DNA from: a virus
Taxonomy: Duplodnaviria; Caudoviricetes
IMG/VR virus record: IMGVR_UViG_3300031853_000013
Location: 27,113 to 91,112 of that record
Length of the DNA stretch: 64,000 nt
Reading direction: 5' to 3' (one strand)
Part shown: one piece after another, positions 47,863 through 57,351 of the stretch
Layout: every line of letters starts with the position of its first letter
How positions within the stretch are numbered: position 1 is the first letter of the stretch
Notes under the pieces: model-generated
The model's input: only the letters and a program-made list of their open reading frames with translations
The model's database searches: none
What the model was told of the DNA's origin: nothing
Translations under genes and position numbers: made by a program

Positions 47863-49290
47863 TCATACGTCTTCACGCCAACCTCCGCCAGGACGTTTGG
47901 TGTATCTAAACGTTCCTTTATCAGAATCGGTGCGTCCTATACTGCCATCAAATGATGCTATACCAAGGGTATATGGTGACGATGATAATTTAGTAGTATT
48001 CAAGATAAGATCTCCTGATGAGTTAGTAGACACATTAGGTGTATGCCACTCGGTAGGCATAGCCAAATCAGCAAAGGAGGTTTTAGCAGCTTTTTCCATT
48101 CCTGAATAATAACTTAAATATGTGGCAGCAGATTGTGCAGCCTCTCCTTTACCCTTAGCGATTTGTTTTAATTCTTTAGCCGATTGTAATCCAGTGTTAA
48201 CATCAAAAACGTCAGGAGCTTTAGTCTTATTAAATATACCCTGTTTTCCCGTAGTAGTTGTAGCATTAGACGCCCAATCATCAGAAGTTATCGTATCTGA
48301 TTTACCGCCAGGCCCAGATTTAGGACCGTTAGGATTGTTATTATTGCCACCGGTATTATCGGAATCGTTGCCTTTATTTTTCTTGTTTTTGCCGTCACTG
48401 CTATTATCATTATTGTTTTTATTTTGTGCATTAATAGCATCAACAATCTTGTCCGAGTCAGACTTACCCTTCTTAGGCATAAGCGATTCCCAAGGCTGAA
48501 TCTTAAATACGGGAAGTTTCTCATAGCCGGCGATCTCGTTTACATTGGCAGCGATCTTATTATAGGCTTCATATGCCCCTACGGCAGTACCGGCAATGCC
48601 GACAAGAGTTTTGCCAGTAGAAGCAATCTTGTCAAGAGTGATCTTACCATCCTTAGCAGTCTGGCGATTTTCTTTCGTCTGCTTGAGACTCTCGAGAGCC
48701 TTCTTATCTTCTGGCTTGATCTTTTCGAGTTTGCTAATCCGATTAAGTGCCCGATCGAGCTCATCGTCATTGAGCATGGCACGATTCTTATAGACCTCTT
48801 TTGGAGTAGCGCGATTAATAAGATGTTCAACCTGCTTAGAAGACTTTTCGGTCTTAAACTGGTTCACCTTATTAATGCGAGCCATAGCCTTATCGAGCTC
48901 TTCATCGCTAAAGAGTTCTCGATTCTTATAGATAGCATCCTTATCGCCTTTAGCAATAAGCTTAGCCTTCTTATCTTCGATAGCCTTTTCGCGCTTTTGT
49001 CTAACTTCCTCAGCCTTTTGAAGTTTAAGTTTCTTATTCTCTTCCTTCTTTTCAGCCTTGAGCTTAAGACGCTTACGTTTTTCAGAATCTGTTTCCAATC
49101 TAAAAGATTTACGGGTCTTAAGCTTATTGGACACTGCATTTCTAGCCTGTCCAATGCCCCAGTGAATTCGTCCGAGCGGAGTTAGAGAACCATCCTTATT
49201 CTGATACCGTCTCTCGCCCCACTTTTGTCCAGTAACTCCGTAATGGGCCAGAAAGTTAACTTCAATTTTCTGGTTTTCCATCTCCATCAT
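47863..49290 (-). CDS. basic protein with an N-terminal 'HYGxxGQKWGxRRYQNxDGSLT' module
   Basis: module shared with 54785..55603; internal YKNRxxxxDxELDxAxxRI duplication. Confidence 0.8.
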   Translation of the reverse strand: MMEMENQKIEVNFLAHYGVTGQKWGERRYQNKDGSLTPLGRIHWGIGQARNAVSNKLKTRKSFRLETDSEKRKRLKLKAEKKEENKKLKLQKAEEVRQKREKAIEDKKAKLIAKGDKDAIYKNRELFSDEELDKAMARINKVNQFKTEKSSKQVEHLINRATPKEVYKNRAMLNDDELDRALNRISKLEKIKPEDKKALESLKQTKENRQTAKDGKITLDKIASTGKTLVGIAGTAVGAYEAYNKIAANVNEIAGYEKLPVFKIQPWESLMPKKGKSDSDKIVDAINAQNKNNNDNSSDGKNKKNKGNDSDNTGGNNNNPNGPKSGPGGKSDTITSDDWASNATTTTGKQGIFNKTKAPDVFDVNTGLQSAKELKQIAKGKGEAAQSAATYLSYYSGMEKAAKTSFADLAMPTEWHTPNVSTNSSGDLILNTTKLSSSPYTLGIASFDGSIGRTDSDKGTFRYTKRPGGGWREDV

Positions 49291-49687
49291 TCTTCACCTC
49301 CGTCATATCATCTCTGCCATTTTGAATTATTTCATTCATACTTTCGAGAGCCTTATCAATAAACTTCGGTATCGGAACTCCGAGCTTTTTCAGATTCTCG
49401 CAAATACTCACGACTTCCATAAACATTATGTATATGGAAAACGCTTTAAGAATGTAAGACGGAAAGTTTAGGCCGGCAGTAAAAATCTCACCAATAAATA
49501 AGATCATTATTTCCCCAAACTTTCTTCCTAGGCCTTCTCGCATTCTGTATGATTTAAGATGACCCGTAACCCAGGCATGCACAACTCCAGTAAGCACATC
49601 GATAGCCATTAAAGCCGCAGGAATAAGCATTATCCAACTAGGATTCCGAAAGTCAACATTAGTAAGTAACGTTTCAATCTCGTTCAT
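49262..49687 (-). CDS. holin (phage holin family 4-like)
   Basis: IDVLTGV...SYRMREGL.RK...EVVSICENLKKLGVPIP. Confidence 0.85.
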   Translation of the reverse strand: MNEIETLLTNVDFRNPSWIMLIPAALMAIDVLTGVVHAWVTGHLKSYRMREGLGRKFGEIMILFIGEIFTAGLNFPSYILKAFSIYIMFMEVVSICENLKKLGVPIPKFIDKALESMNEIIQNGRDDMTEVKNDGDGKPEN

Positions 49688-49763
49688 TGGTCAAATCCTT
49701 TCTAATTTCTAATTGCTAGCGGAGACCAGTCATAAACCAATCTCCGCCGACAACTTGTAATGC

Positions 49764-50303
49764 TTACTCGCCCTTCATGGACTCTACGACTCTGATGATC
49801 TGATTGATCTTGCGGATCTCGTACTCACTCTGAGCAGAATCCATCATCTGCTCGAGTTTGTCGATAATACGGTCATCGATACTGTGACCGCTATACCCGC
49901 CGTCATAAGACATCCTTGATCTCATACGACGTCCAGAAGTATCCATGTCACGTCCATCATAAGACATAGGTCTCATTTCTCGGCTAACATAGCTCCCAGT
50001 CATGGCATCTCTACCGCGAGCCTCAGAAGTATCCATGTAGCGATCATTTCCGTGAGAATACACTCTACCAGGTCCCATATCCCAACCATAAGAATAGGTA
50101 GTTTCCGGATAATAGGGCATCATGCGGTGACCCTCTGAAGTATCTTCATCATACTTGTCGCCGCGCATAAGCTTATCGATCTTTTCGATAAGGCACACAG
50201 CTTCTGTAGCGGTCTTAACCTCGTTGGGCGTAAGATCGGTCTTCTTAGCGAGGTCCTCGAGATTAGACTCGACGTTATCTCTGAGCTTCATAAGTGTTTT
50301 CAT
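49764..50303 (-). CDS. hypothetical protein of the Firmicutes-phage Gly/Asn/Gln-rich cluster
   Basis: RGRDAMTGSYVSR, GYSGH motifs. Confidence 0.75.
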   Translation of the reverse strand: MKTLMKLRDNVESNLEDLAKKTDLTPNEVKTATEAVCLIEKIDKLMRGDKYDEDTSEGHRMMPYYPETTYSYGWDMGPGRVYSHGNDRYMDTSEARGRDAMTGSYVSREMRPMSYDGRDMDTSGRRMRSRMSYDGGYSGHSIDDRIIDKLEQMMDSAQSEYEIRKINQIIRVVESMKGE

Positions 50304-50324
50304 TTTGATTCCCTCCTTCTAAAT

Positions 50325-50795
50325 TTAATACGTTACAGCGAGATCCGGTCTAGAGAACAGCAATGTAGGACTGTCAACAAGAACCGGAATGTCGCTAGTA
50401 TTACGAATAGAGAGGGATTCACAGCAGCCGTTCCAAATGTCGATGTTACGAGAACGACCAACATTGAAAAACTGCTCAACAGCGGCTGGAGTAGCTCGCA
50501 TGATGCTGAACGGTACAGTGGCACCATCGAGAGTAAATGCCAGAGAAATCTCGCCGACAGTCTCGCCTTCGGGCACTGCGATGTTGGCACCGAATGTAGC
50601 AAGATAAAGAGCACTAGAAGGCCCCTGACAACAGCATCTGTTATTTCTCCTCGGAACCCATCCGGACAGCAGGAAGTTACCGGTACCACTACGCCAACGT
50701 ACAAGACCTCTTGTGCAAGGAACCGGTGCAAGTGTAAACACAACTGCCTCGCCAGGATTAACCGTCTGTTGAGTGTTATTGGTGTATTCAGCCAT
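50325..50795 (-). CDS. beta-rich protein of the same cluster
   Basis: QTVNPGEAVVF...FGANIAVP. Confidence 0.75.
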   Translation of the reverse strand: MAEYTNNTQQTVNPGEAVVFTLAPVPCTRGLVRWRSGTGNFLLSGWVPRRNNRCCCQGPSSALYLATFGANIAVPEGETVGEISLAFTLDGATVPFSIMRATPAAVEQFFNVGRSRNIDIWNGCCESLSIRNTSDIPVLVDSPTLLFSRPDLAVTY

Positions 50796-50811
50796 TTGCT
50801 GTCACCTCCAA

Positions 50812-51732
50812 TCACGCATTGCAGCCACAGCCGGTGTAGAAATTCTGATTAGCGCAGCAGTTAGGATTCTGGACAACATATGCCGGAATGGGAGCCGGAT
50901 TCAGATACTGCTCAAGTGCCTGGGTCTGAGCCTGATTGTCAGCCAGGATAGCAGCACGGTTAGCCAGGCCCTCAGCGCGAATATTCTGTGCAGTAATCTG
51001 ATTCTGCAGGGATGCGTTCTGAGCCTTGAGAGCATCGATTTCCTGCTGACACAGCTTGTCCTGAATACTCTGAATACCGCTGTTAATGGTATTAAGCAGC
51101 ATCTGAGTGTTTGCAGTATTGTTCGTGATGATGTCACGAGTGTTGTTAGCTGCCTCGTAACGATCCTGACAATGCTCCTGAGCATTAGCGTACTTAGAAT
51201 CCAGAACAGCAGCACGATTCTCACAGCAACAATTCTGCTGAGCCATAGAAATGGTATTGAGCTGGTTAGACAGGCCAGTCTGAAGATTGAACATCTGGTT
51301 CATGTTAGCCATCTGGCGGGCGTTATCGGATGCCTCTGCAGCAGAGAAACCAGAATTTACAGCAGCAGTAACGCCGTTAAAGCCGTTGCACAGAGCCTGG
51401 TTAACGCCAGCGAAGCCAGAGCACATGCCCTGATTAACGCCAGAGAAACCATTAGTAACAGCACTGGTCAGACCATTGATACCAGACATTACTGCCTGCT
51501 GATCAAAGCCTCTCTGTACATCGTTGTTGGTGGAGTTGTTCATGATGTACGGCATAGCACCGTTACCATAACCGCCGCCCCAGCCATTGCCGTTGAAAGC
51601 GAACAGGAACAGAACCAACAGCCACCAAGCGCCATCGCCTCCGAAGTTTCCGAATCCGCCGTTGCCGTTACCATTGTAACCGGTAGGTGTTACGAGCATC
51701 GTTGTGTTTGTACCGTTTTCTGTGAGTGCCAT
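50812..51732 (-). CDS. Gly/Asn/Gln-rich coiled-coil protein with a hydrophobic WW segment
   Basis: GFGNFGGDGAWWLLVLFLF, QNCCCE, PIPAYVVQNP. Confidence 0.8.
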   Translation of the reverse strand: MALTENGTNTTMLVTPTGYNGNGNGGFGNFGGDGAWWLLVLFLFAFNGNGWGGGYGNGAMPYIMNNSTNNDVQRGFDQQAVMSGINGLTSAVTNGFSGVNQGMCSGFAGVNQALCNGFNGVTAAVNSGFSAAEASDNARQMANMNQMFNLQTGLSNQLNTISMAQQNCCCENRAAVLDSKYANAQEHCQDRYEAANNTRDIITNNTANTQMLLNTINSGIQSIQDKLCQQEIDALKAQNASLQNQITAQNIRAEGLANRAAILADNQAQTQALEQYLNPAPIPAYVVQNPNCCANQNFYTGCGCNA

Positions 51733-51798
51733 AGTGATTCCTCCTTAAATTAGTGAGATGTAAGAGTGAAATGAATAGTGAGAATATTGCTTATCGGA

Positions 51799-52137
51799 TC
51801 AATACTTATGTCCCGATTGTAGCCAACGGTCGAGGAAATTAAGACCCGATTCTATAAGATTAGCCGCGTTAGCAATATTAAACTTACGAGCATATTTCTT
51901 ATATACTTTTCTAGATTGTGCGATGGACTTAGCCATTTCATTATGTGCCATCTGCTGAGCACGTCGGGTCTTAATGTCTCCTTCTTTTTTGGAGGTCTTA
52001 ATGTTACGTCGAAGCTTCTTAGAACTAGATTGCTGTTCTTTTAGTGTCTTTTTCCATTTGTCTTTATGAGTCTTATAATACTCAATGTTGTATTCTTTCT
52101 TAGCAGACCCTTTGAATGCGTGCTCGAGAAAATCCAT
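51799..52137 (-). CDS. basic 'HSWGK'-related protein
   Basis: MDFLEHA...KEYNIEYYKTHKDKW. Confidence 0.75.
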   Translation of the reverse strand: MDFLEHAFKGSAKKEYNIEYYKTHKDKWKKTLKEQQSSSKKLRRNIKTSKKEGDIKTRRAQQMAHNEMAKSIAQSRKVYKKYARKFNIANAANLIESGLNFLDRWLQSGHKY

Positions 52138-52161
52138 TTTGAATTTACCTCTCTGGGACGG

Positions 52162-53046
52162 TTACACCAGCTTGCTCTTCTTTTCGTTGAGCTCTTTGAT
52201 CTTGTCGTTCAGTGCGCGAACCTTTTCAGCATTATTCTGAATGTTCTTAGCCAGCAGAGCAGCACCGGACTTATTAACGCCTTTCTCATTCAGTTCCTTA
52301 AGTCTCTTGGTGTCCTCATCCATTTCCTTCTTGATCACGGCCCGCTTGTTAGTAGCATTCATGATCTCGCCACTGATCTTCTGGAATTCCTGCTTCTGCT
52401 TCTCCTTAAACGCAGCGTTCTTGTTCTTAGCTGCCTGCTGTTGTGCGGCCATATTATCAGCATTTGCGTTAGCTCGTGTCTTTTCGCGTCTTGCCTTTGT
52501 ACCGCGTACTTCCTGTCGTGCGGCCTTTGCAGCTTCATTAGCAGCGGCAGCGTTAGCACGCTTAGCAGCTCTCTTAGCAAACGGGTCGTTTTTCACGGTC
52601 TTATCATAGTTGCTCTGTGCCTTTGTTCGACTAGCCTTCTGGGTATCGAGATTTGCTTTAGTCTTATTATAGTTGGATTCAGCGACCTCGAGTTCTTTAG
52701 CAGCCTTTTCAATATCCTTCTGATAAGCAGTACGCTGTTTTGCAATTTCCTTATCGTTAGCGCCTACATTACCGGCGCCTTCGAGGAATTTCTGATACTG
52801 ATTGCGGAGAGTATTCAGCTTATGCTTAGCGGCACCATAATCACGAACGGCGCTATCATGACGGGTCTGAGCACCCTCAATATTCTTATCGAGCTGGCTC
52901 ATGTTGTCCTTGGCGTTCTCACGATACTTCTTCCACTTGTCTTTGTTGCGTCTGTAATACTCAGCATTGTAGCGCTTCTCAGCAGCTTTCTGCTTAGGAC
53001 TCTTACCCCAGGAATGCATGAGAGCATCTTCGAGAAAATCTGTCAT
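52162..53046 (-). CDS. basic coiled-coil 'HSWGK' family protein
   Basis: ALMHSWGKSPKQKAAEKRYNAEYY. Confidence 0.8.
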   Translation of the reverse strand: MTDFLEDALMHSWGKSPKQKAAEKRYNAEYYRRNKDKWKKYRENAKDNMSQLDKNIEGAQTRHDSAVRDYGAAKHKLNTLRNQYQKFLEGAGNVGANDKEIAKQRTAYQKDIEKAAKELEVAESNYNKTKANLDTQKASRTKAQSNYDKTVKNDPFAKRAAKRANAAAANEAAKAARQEVRGTKARREKTRANANADNMAAQQQAAKNKNAAFKEKQKQEFQKISGEIMNATNKRAVIKKEMDEDTKRLKELNEKGVNKSGAALLAKNIQNNAEKVRALNDKIKELNEKKSKLV

Positions 53047-53060
53047 TGTGTTGTCCTCCT

Positions 53061-53669
53061 TTATTTGAATAGGTTCTTAACGAAATCGGTGCCTTTCTTA
53101 GCTGAATCAGAGATCATAGCAGCGCCCATCTTCCAGTTGGATTTGAATTCCTTGGCAGCTTTTTTCGCTTTGGCTTTCGCTAATTTAACATCATTAGCTC
53201 TAGTGTATGTCCGCTCATTAGCCTCGTACTGTTTAATGAGCTTATCGCGTTCGTTATCTGCCATTTGTCTAGCACTGGTATATCGCTTCATGTACTTCTT
53301 TTCGTCATCCCAGCTCATGCCAGATTCTTTGATCTTTAGTCGGCGATTATCTTCGCCAATCTCACGCTGATAACGAATATTGTCATCAACATATTTACCA
53401 ACATCCTGATAGCCCGGCGTCTTTTTAGTTTTCTTTGGCGCAATCGCCCATTTTCCCTGTGAATCTTTAGAGTTGTAATATCGCTTATTATATGTGTCCT
53501 CGTTTTCGTACTGGGATTGAGAAACGCCATTAATAGGCTTGGGTCCGTACTTGGTAGACCACCAGTCCTTATGCTTCCGATAATACTCAGCATTATACTC
53601 TTTTTCTCTAGCTTTCTGCTTAGGGCTCTTACCCCAAGAGTGCTGGAGAGATTCTAAAAAATCCGCCAT
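53061..53669 (-). CDS. basic 'HSWGK' family protein
   Basis: SLQHSWGKSPKQKAREKEYNAEYY. Confidence 0.8.
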   Translation of the reverse strand: MADFLESLQHSWGKSPKQKAREKEYNAEYYRKHKDWWSTKYGPKPINGVSQSQYENEDTYNKRYYNSKDSQGKWAIAPKKTKKTPGYQDVGKYVDDNIRYQREIGEDNRRLKIKESGMSWDDEKKYMKRYTSARQMADNERDKLIKQYEANERTYTRANDVKLAKAKAKKAAKEFKSNWKMGAAMISDSAKKGTDFVKNLFK

Positions 53670-53672
53670 ACC

Positions 53673-53900
53673 TTATCCTTTCCCCATAAGTTGGTTTGCC
53701 ATCTGAGCAACAGCGTTGAACTGTTCCTGTGAGATTTCCCCATTTTGAATTTTCTGCTGAATAATCTGCTGAGGAGACATCTGAGCTTGCTGCAAAAACT
53801 GTTGCTGGAACGTGTTGAACTGATTCATGAAATTGTTGAAGCCACCAAACTGCTGACCAAAGATCGGATTGTTTGGATTGAAATTAAACGGACCACCCAT
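53673..53900 (-). CDS. small Q/N/F-rich protein
   Basis: PQQIIQQKIQNGEISQEQFN. Confidence 0.75.
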   Translation of the reverse strand: MGGPFNFNPNNPIFGQQFGGFNNFMNQFNTFQQQFLQQAQMSPQQIIQQKIQNGEISQEQFNAVAQMANQLMGKG

Positions 53901-54394
53901 TACTGTTCTCCTTTCAATTCGTTGTATAGCGCGTTAATCTTTTCGCTCAGTTTGTCGAACTCCTCTTTACTAACCAGTGGCTCAGAACTGCTCAGTGTCG
54001 ATACTTGCTGAGATTGAGCAGGTTGCGGAACAGGAATAGGCTGAGTAAGTGTAGTGGTCGTTTCAGTGAGCGACCATGTACGAATCGGCAAATCTACTCC
54101 CCACATATCGCGGGCCTTCAGACAAAGTTCTCCCTCTGGAAAGTTGAAAAGAGCGATTGACTGTCCCGACGGTGCCGAGTAGTATCCATATTCAGCTCTG
54201 GAGTTAACCATGAAAACTGAGGTAATACCGCGCTGTTCGGTAGCCATCTGAGTAGCCGATGGTGTAGGATTAATCCACTGAGAGTAATTCGGTTGAGTCT
54301 GTGTAGATTGATTGGGTGTTGCAGTTGGTTGTGGTGTAGGTCTCGCAGTATTTGCTTGGTTGACCACACCAGGTACCCCTCCATAGTTTACCAT
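53900..54394 (-). CDS. Pro/Gln-rich hypothetical protein
   Basis: start MVNYGG after AAGGAG; VSKEEFDKL tail. Confidence 0.7.
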   Translation of the reverse strand: MVNYGGVPGVVNQANTARPTPQPTATPNQSTQTQPNYSQWINPTPSATQMATEQRGITSVFMVNSRAEYGYYSAPSGQSIALFNFPEGELCLKARDMWGVDLPIRTWSLTETTTTLTQPIPVPQPAQSQQVSTLSSSEPLVSKEEFDKLSEKINALYNELKGEQ

Positions 54395-54396
54395 TG

Positions 54397-54777
54397 TTAG
54401 TACTCCTTTCGCCAATAGTATATAGGTTCTTTGTCCCCGCTATCAAAAGAGTCGTAATAGTCCCCATTAACGACCGCTACAACATGCCCTGAGGTCTTAA
54501 GACAATGTTTGCCAATAGGATGATCTCTACAAAAGTCACGCACTGTGTAGATGTCGTATAGATCGTCCGGAAGCAAGTATTTAGTATACCCTCTACGTTT
54601 TAACATAAGACTCCACATCTTATCGTTGGAGGGCATGCTAAATTCTCGCCGACAAATATCCGTTAGTTCATCAAATGCCTCGAGCCATGTTAGATTCTCT
54701 AAGCGGCATAGCATCCGAATCACGCAATCAGTAACATGCTTACCTTTTGGATTGGGGTTGTAGTAGATGTAGGACAT
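54397..54777 (-). CDS. putative papain-like fold protein
   Basis: YNPNP...DCVIR...GHVVAV..GDYYDSFDS (Cys/His/Asp). Confidence 0.65.
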   Translation of the reverse strand: MSYIYYNPNPKGKHVTDCVIRMLCRLENLTWLEAFDELTDICRREFSMPSNDKMWSLMLKRRGYTKYLLPDDLYDIYTVRDFCRDHPIGKHCLKTSGHVVAVVNGDYYDSFDSGDKEPIYYWRKEY

Positions 54778-54784
54778 TTCGAGA

Positions 54785-55603
54785 TTAACCGTCCATTCTT
54801 ACGCCACGTTCAATAATAGGTTTAAGATTATTTAAATCATACTCAACACTAAGAATGTGCGATCCGTGTTCAGGATGGCTAAAATCGATATCCAATGTAT
54901 CCCAATCAGTAATATATGCGCCGGTGGCTTTCAACGCCTTTCTATATTCTTGGAGGGTCATCTTGTCTTTGACATCGTCTACGTTATCATTATATAAGTC
55001 ATCGGCTATGAACTTAGAAGTCTGTTTATATATAGTGTCACTGTTAGATTCCAATTTCTTAATCTTCGAATCCAACGTTTTAATGTGCTCATTTATATAT
55101 CCAGACTTATCACCGGGATCAACAACGGTGTATACTTTTATGTTATCCGGCCCGAGTTTAGATGACTTTTCAGCATAAATATCGCCGCCGAAATCGCCGG
55201 AGTCATCGACTTTCCAACCAGACTTCTTAAACGCATCTGATACCGTATTGTATTCGTCAGTGGCTGACTCTGGGCGTTTGATAGTTTTAGTTTTTGTTGA
55301 CACGCTAGAATTATGTGTCTTATTCTCCTTAGCAAGTCTACCGAGGTCAATAGCCGCTCCGACTAATCCCAACTTTCTGGAGTATTTAGTAACGTCGTAA
55401 TAGGTGCCATCTCCGCGTTCCCTTAAACGCTTGGCACCAGATTTATTCAGAGTTCCGTCAGAATTAAGATACCTCTTTTTACCGGCCTCTGTAAGAGATC
55501 CATCTTTATTCTGATACCGCCTTACGCCCCATTTCTGACCAAGAATGCCATGATGACAAAGAGTGTCCTGTTCGATAAGCGCTTCATACAAAAAATCTTG
55601 CAT
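54785..55603 (-). CDS. protein with an N-terminal 'HHGILGQKWGVRRYQNKDGSLT' module
   Basis: start MQDFLY coupled (TAATG) to upstream stop. Confidence 0.8.
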   Translation of the reverse strand: MQDFLYEALIEQDTLCHHGILGQKWGVRRYQNKDGSLTEAGKKRYLNSDGTLNKSGAKRLRERGDGTYYDVTKYSRKLGLVGAAIDLGRLAKENKTHNSSVSTKTKTIKRPESATDEYNTVSDAFKKSGWKVDDSGDFGGDIYAEKSSKLGPDNIKVYTVVDPGDKSGYINEHIKTLDSKIKKLESNSDTIYKQTSKFIADDLYNDNVDDVKDKMTLQEYRKALKATGAYITDWDTLDIDFSHPEHGSHILSVEYDLNNLKPIIERGVRMDG

Positions 55604-55980
55604 TAATCTTCCACCTCCAGTTTGTTCATTCCAGGGTCGACCTCGACATTGAGACGCCATTCTATTTCCTTAGCCTCTTCTTTCAATGTTGACATATGTG
55701 CAGAACTCTGAGGCGGATCGAATACCAATCGGACTTTGATGTAAATGTAGGTCTTAACTTGCGAAAGTCTCTCTGGTGGATAGTTATCGCCGAGAAAATC
55801 ACGCCAGGTTTGTGTATCGTCTTGCAGCATGAAGCCCGGAGTGCCGACACCGAGCTGCGTGAGATTAGCAAAATATGTATTGGCGTGCATCATGAGATCC
55901 ATATCGAAGTGAGTTATCTCACCAGGAGACGTGGACCCGCCAACTACTTTTCGAAGTTCATTAAGAATAGACGAATCCAT
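55603..55980 (-). CDS. head-tail adaptor-like protein
   Basis: SIL...LTQLGVG...VKTYIYIKVRLVFDPP...EWRL. Confidence 0.65.
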   Translation of the reverse strand: MDSSILNELRKVVGGSTSPGEITHFDMDLMMHANTYFANLTQLGVGTPGFMLQDDTQTWRDFLGDNYPPERLSQVKTYIYIKVRLVFDPPQSSAHMSTLKEEAKEIEWRLNVEVDPGMNKLEVED

Positions 55981-55986
55981 TTTGAA

Positions 55987-56220
55987 TTAGCCTCCTTGCG
56001 AAATTAGTGGATCAACAAGATCGGTCCTGATGTATCCAGTACCAATAGCAGACGTGCATCTATAGAACGACTTGCCCGTCCAATCGTAATATTTTCGTTT
56101 AGTAGATACATCGATGGAATCGCCCTTATGGAGCTCTCCGATCAGCTCCTCGTAAACAGGGGTGATAGACGGCGATCGTCTGATGCCGACAGTTTTCAGA
56201 GGAATTGTTATAGTGGTCAT
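55987..56220 (-). CDS. small SH3b-like protein
   Basis: IRRSPS...IGELHKGD...TGYIRTDLV. Confidence 0.6.
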   Translation of the reverse strand: MTTITIPLKTVGIRRSPSITPVYEELIGELHKGDSIDVSTKRKYYDWTGKSFYRCTSAIGTGYIRTDLVDPLISQGG

Positions 56221-56229
56221 TATATAGAT

Positions 56230-56649
56230 TCACCTCCATGGAATAGTATCGTTTGGTGTACGTTCGGCTGGGCGCGAGGTCTTAATCAGATCCATGTCGC
56301 CAAAGTGTATCGCCTCGTGTGTTAGGAATGATACGAGGACAACATTATTCGGATCAAGAACACACGGCCGATGCTCGATGATGTCGTCGATAGTAATAGG
56401 GTTTATGTGATGAATGAGATACTTGGTGCCGTCAGGAATTGGAAAGTCGGGATGAGCCAAGTCGCAACCTTCATCACGAAGTATGATACGTCTACGGAAT
56501 TGTCTCCACTCATATGATTGGTAGAATTGTTGATTGACATATCGGCGAGATCCAAATGTAGGATCACCAACTCGAGACTTTAGCAGTAGGTATTCGAGAC
56601 GCTCATCGAATGTCGGGAGATTGATCATCTCGAGATATGTGAGGGTCAT
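56230..56649 (-). CDS. HNH endonuclease (packaging-associated)
   Basis: FYQSYEW...RDEGC...IHHINP...N...HEAIH next to TerS. Confidence 0.8.
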   Translation of the reverse strand: MTLTYLEMINLPTFDERLEYLLLKSRVGDPTFGSRRYVNQQFYQSYEWRQFRRRIILRDEGCDLAHPDFPIPDGTKYLIHHINPITIDDIIEHRPCVLDPNNVVLVSFLTHEAIHFGDMDLIKTSRPAERTPNDTIPWR

Positions 56650-56652
56650 AAG

Positions 56653-56994
56653 TTACTCCTCGTATTCGTCTTCATCATTATACGGATTCTGTCCAGAATA
56701 TAATCGCATAGCGTCGAGAGCTTTTGCATACATTTCCTCGACACGCTTAGATGACTCGATAGACTCCGTTTGGGCATCCAGCTTTTTCATTTGCTTCTCC
56801 ATGAGCTCTTTTTCGAGTCGTTCTTTTGTAGTGCCAAGTTTCAGATAATGCACGATTAGCGAATTACTAGCAGACCCATCCATCAATTTCTCCTCGGCTA
56901 GATCCATTGCTAATGCGATTAACTGGTTTTCTCTTGCTTCCGGAGTTCTTGCTGGAGGTCGTTTCTTTCTGTTTGTTTCGTTGGGCTTTGCCAC
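56653..56994 (-). CDS. probable terminase small subunit
   Basis: first gene of the packaging operon; helical PARTPEARENQLIALA. Confidence 0.55.
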   Translation of the reverse strand: MAKPNETNRKKRPPARTPEARENQLIALAMDLAEEKLMDGSASNSLIVHYLKLGTTKERLEKELMEKQMKKLDAQTESIESSKRVEEMYAKALDAMRLYSGQNPYNDEDEYEE

Positions 56995-57042
56995 GATTAC
57001 TTCCTCCTTTTCTAATCTTTCTAATTTCTTTTTCTTTGTTTA

Positions 57043-57160
57043 GGTATTCTTTCTAAAGTGTTTGGGAGTCTTTTTCTCGAGACGAAAGGAGCTACATCTG
57101 GAGGGACGAAGACATGCTGGGACTGATGGAGGTGCCCCCAAACACTTTAGAAAGAATACC
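57043..57160. repeat. 24-bp perfect inverted repeat
   Basis: GGTATTCTTTCTAAAGTGTTTGGG at 57043..57066 and its reverse complement at 57137..57160. Confidence 0.9.
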
Positions 57161-57351
57161 CGCAAAACTACCGGAGGAAAATATAAAAAATATCCCTCCG
57201 GAGAATTTTAGGGGAGAGCGCCGATGCAGAGGGGGTGGGTTGTTTTATATACCCCCTCCCGGGTGCCTTTTATATTTTGGCACGTGGTCCCGGCACTCAA
57301 AAATTTTTTGAATCGAAATCTCAAAACCAAAACAAATAATTTTTCAGAAAA

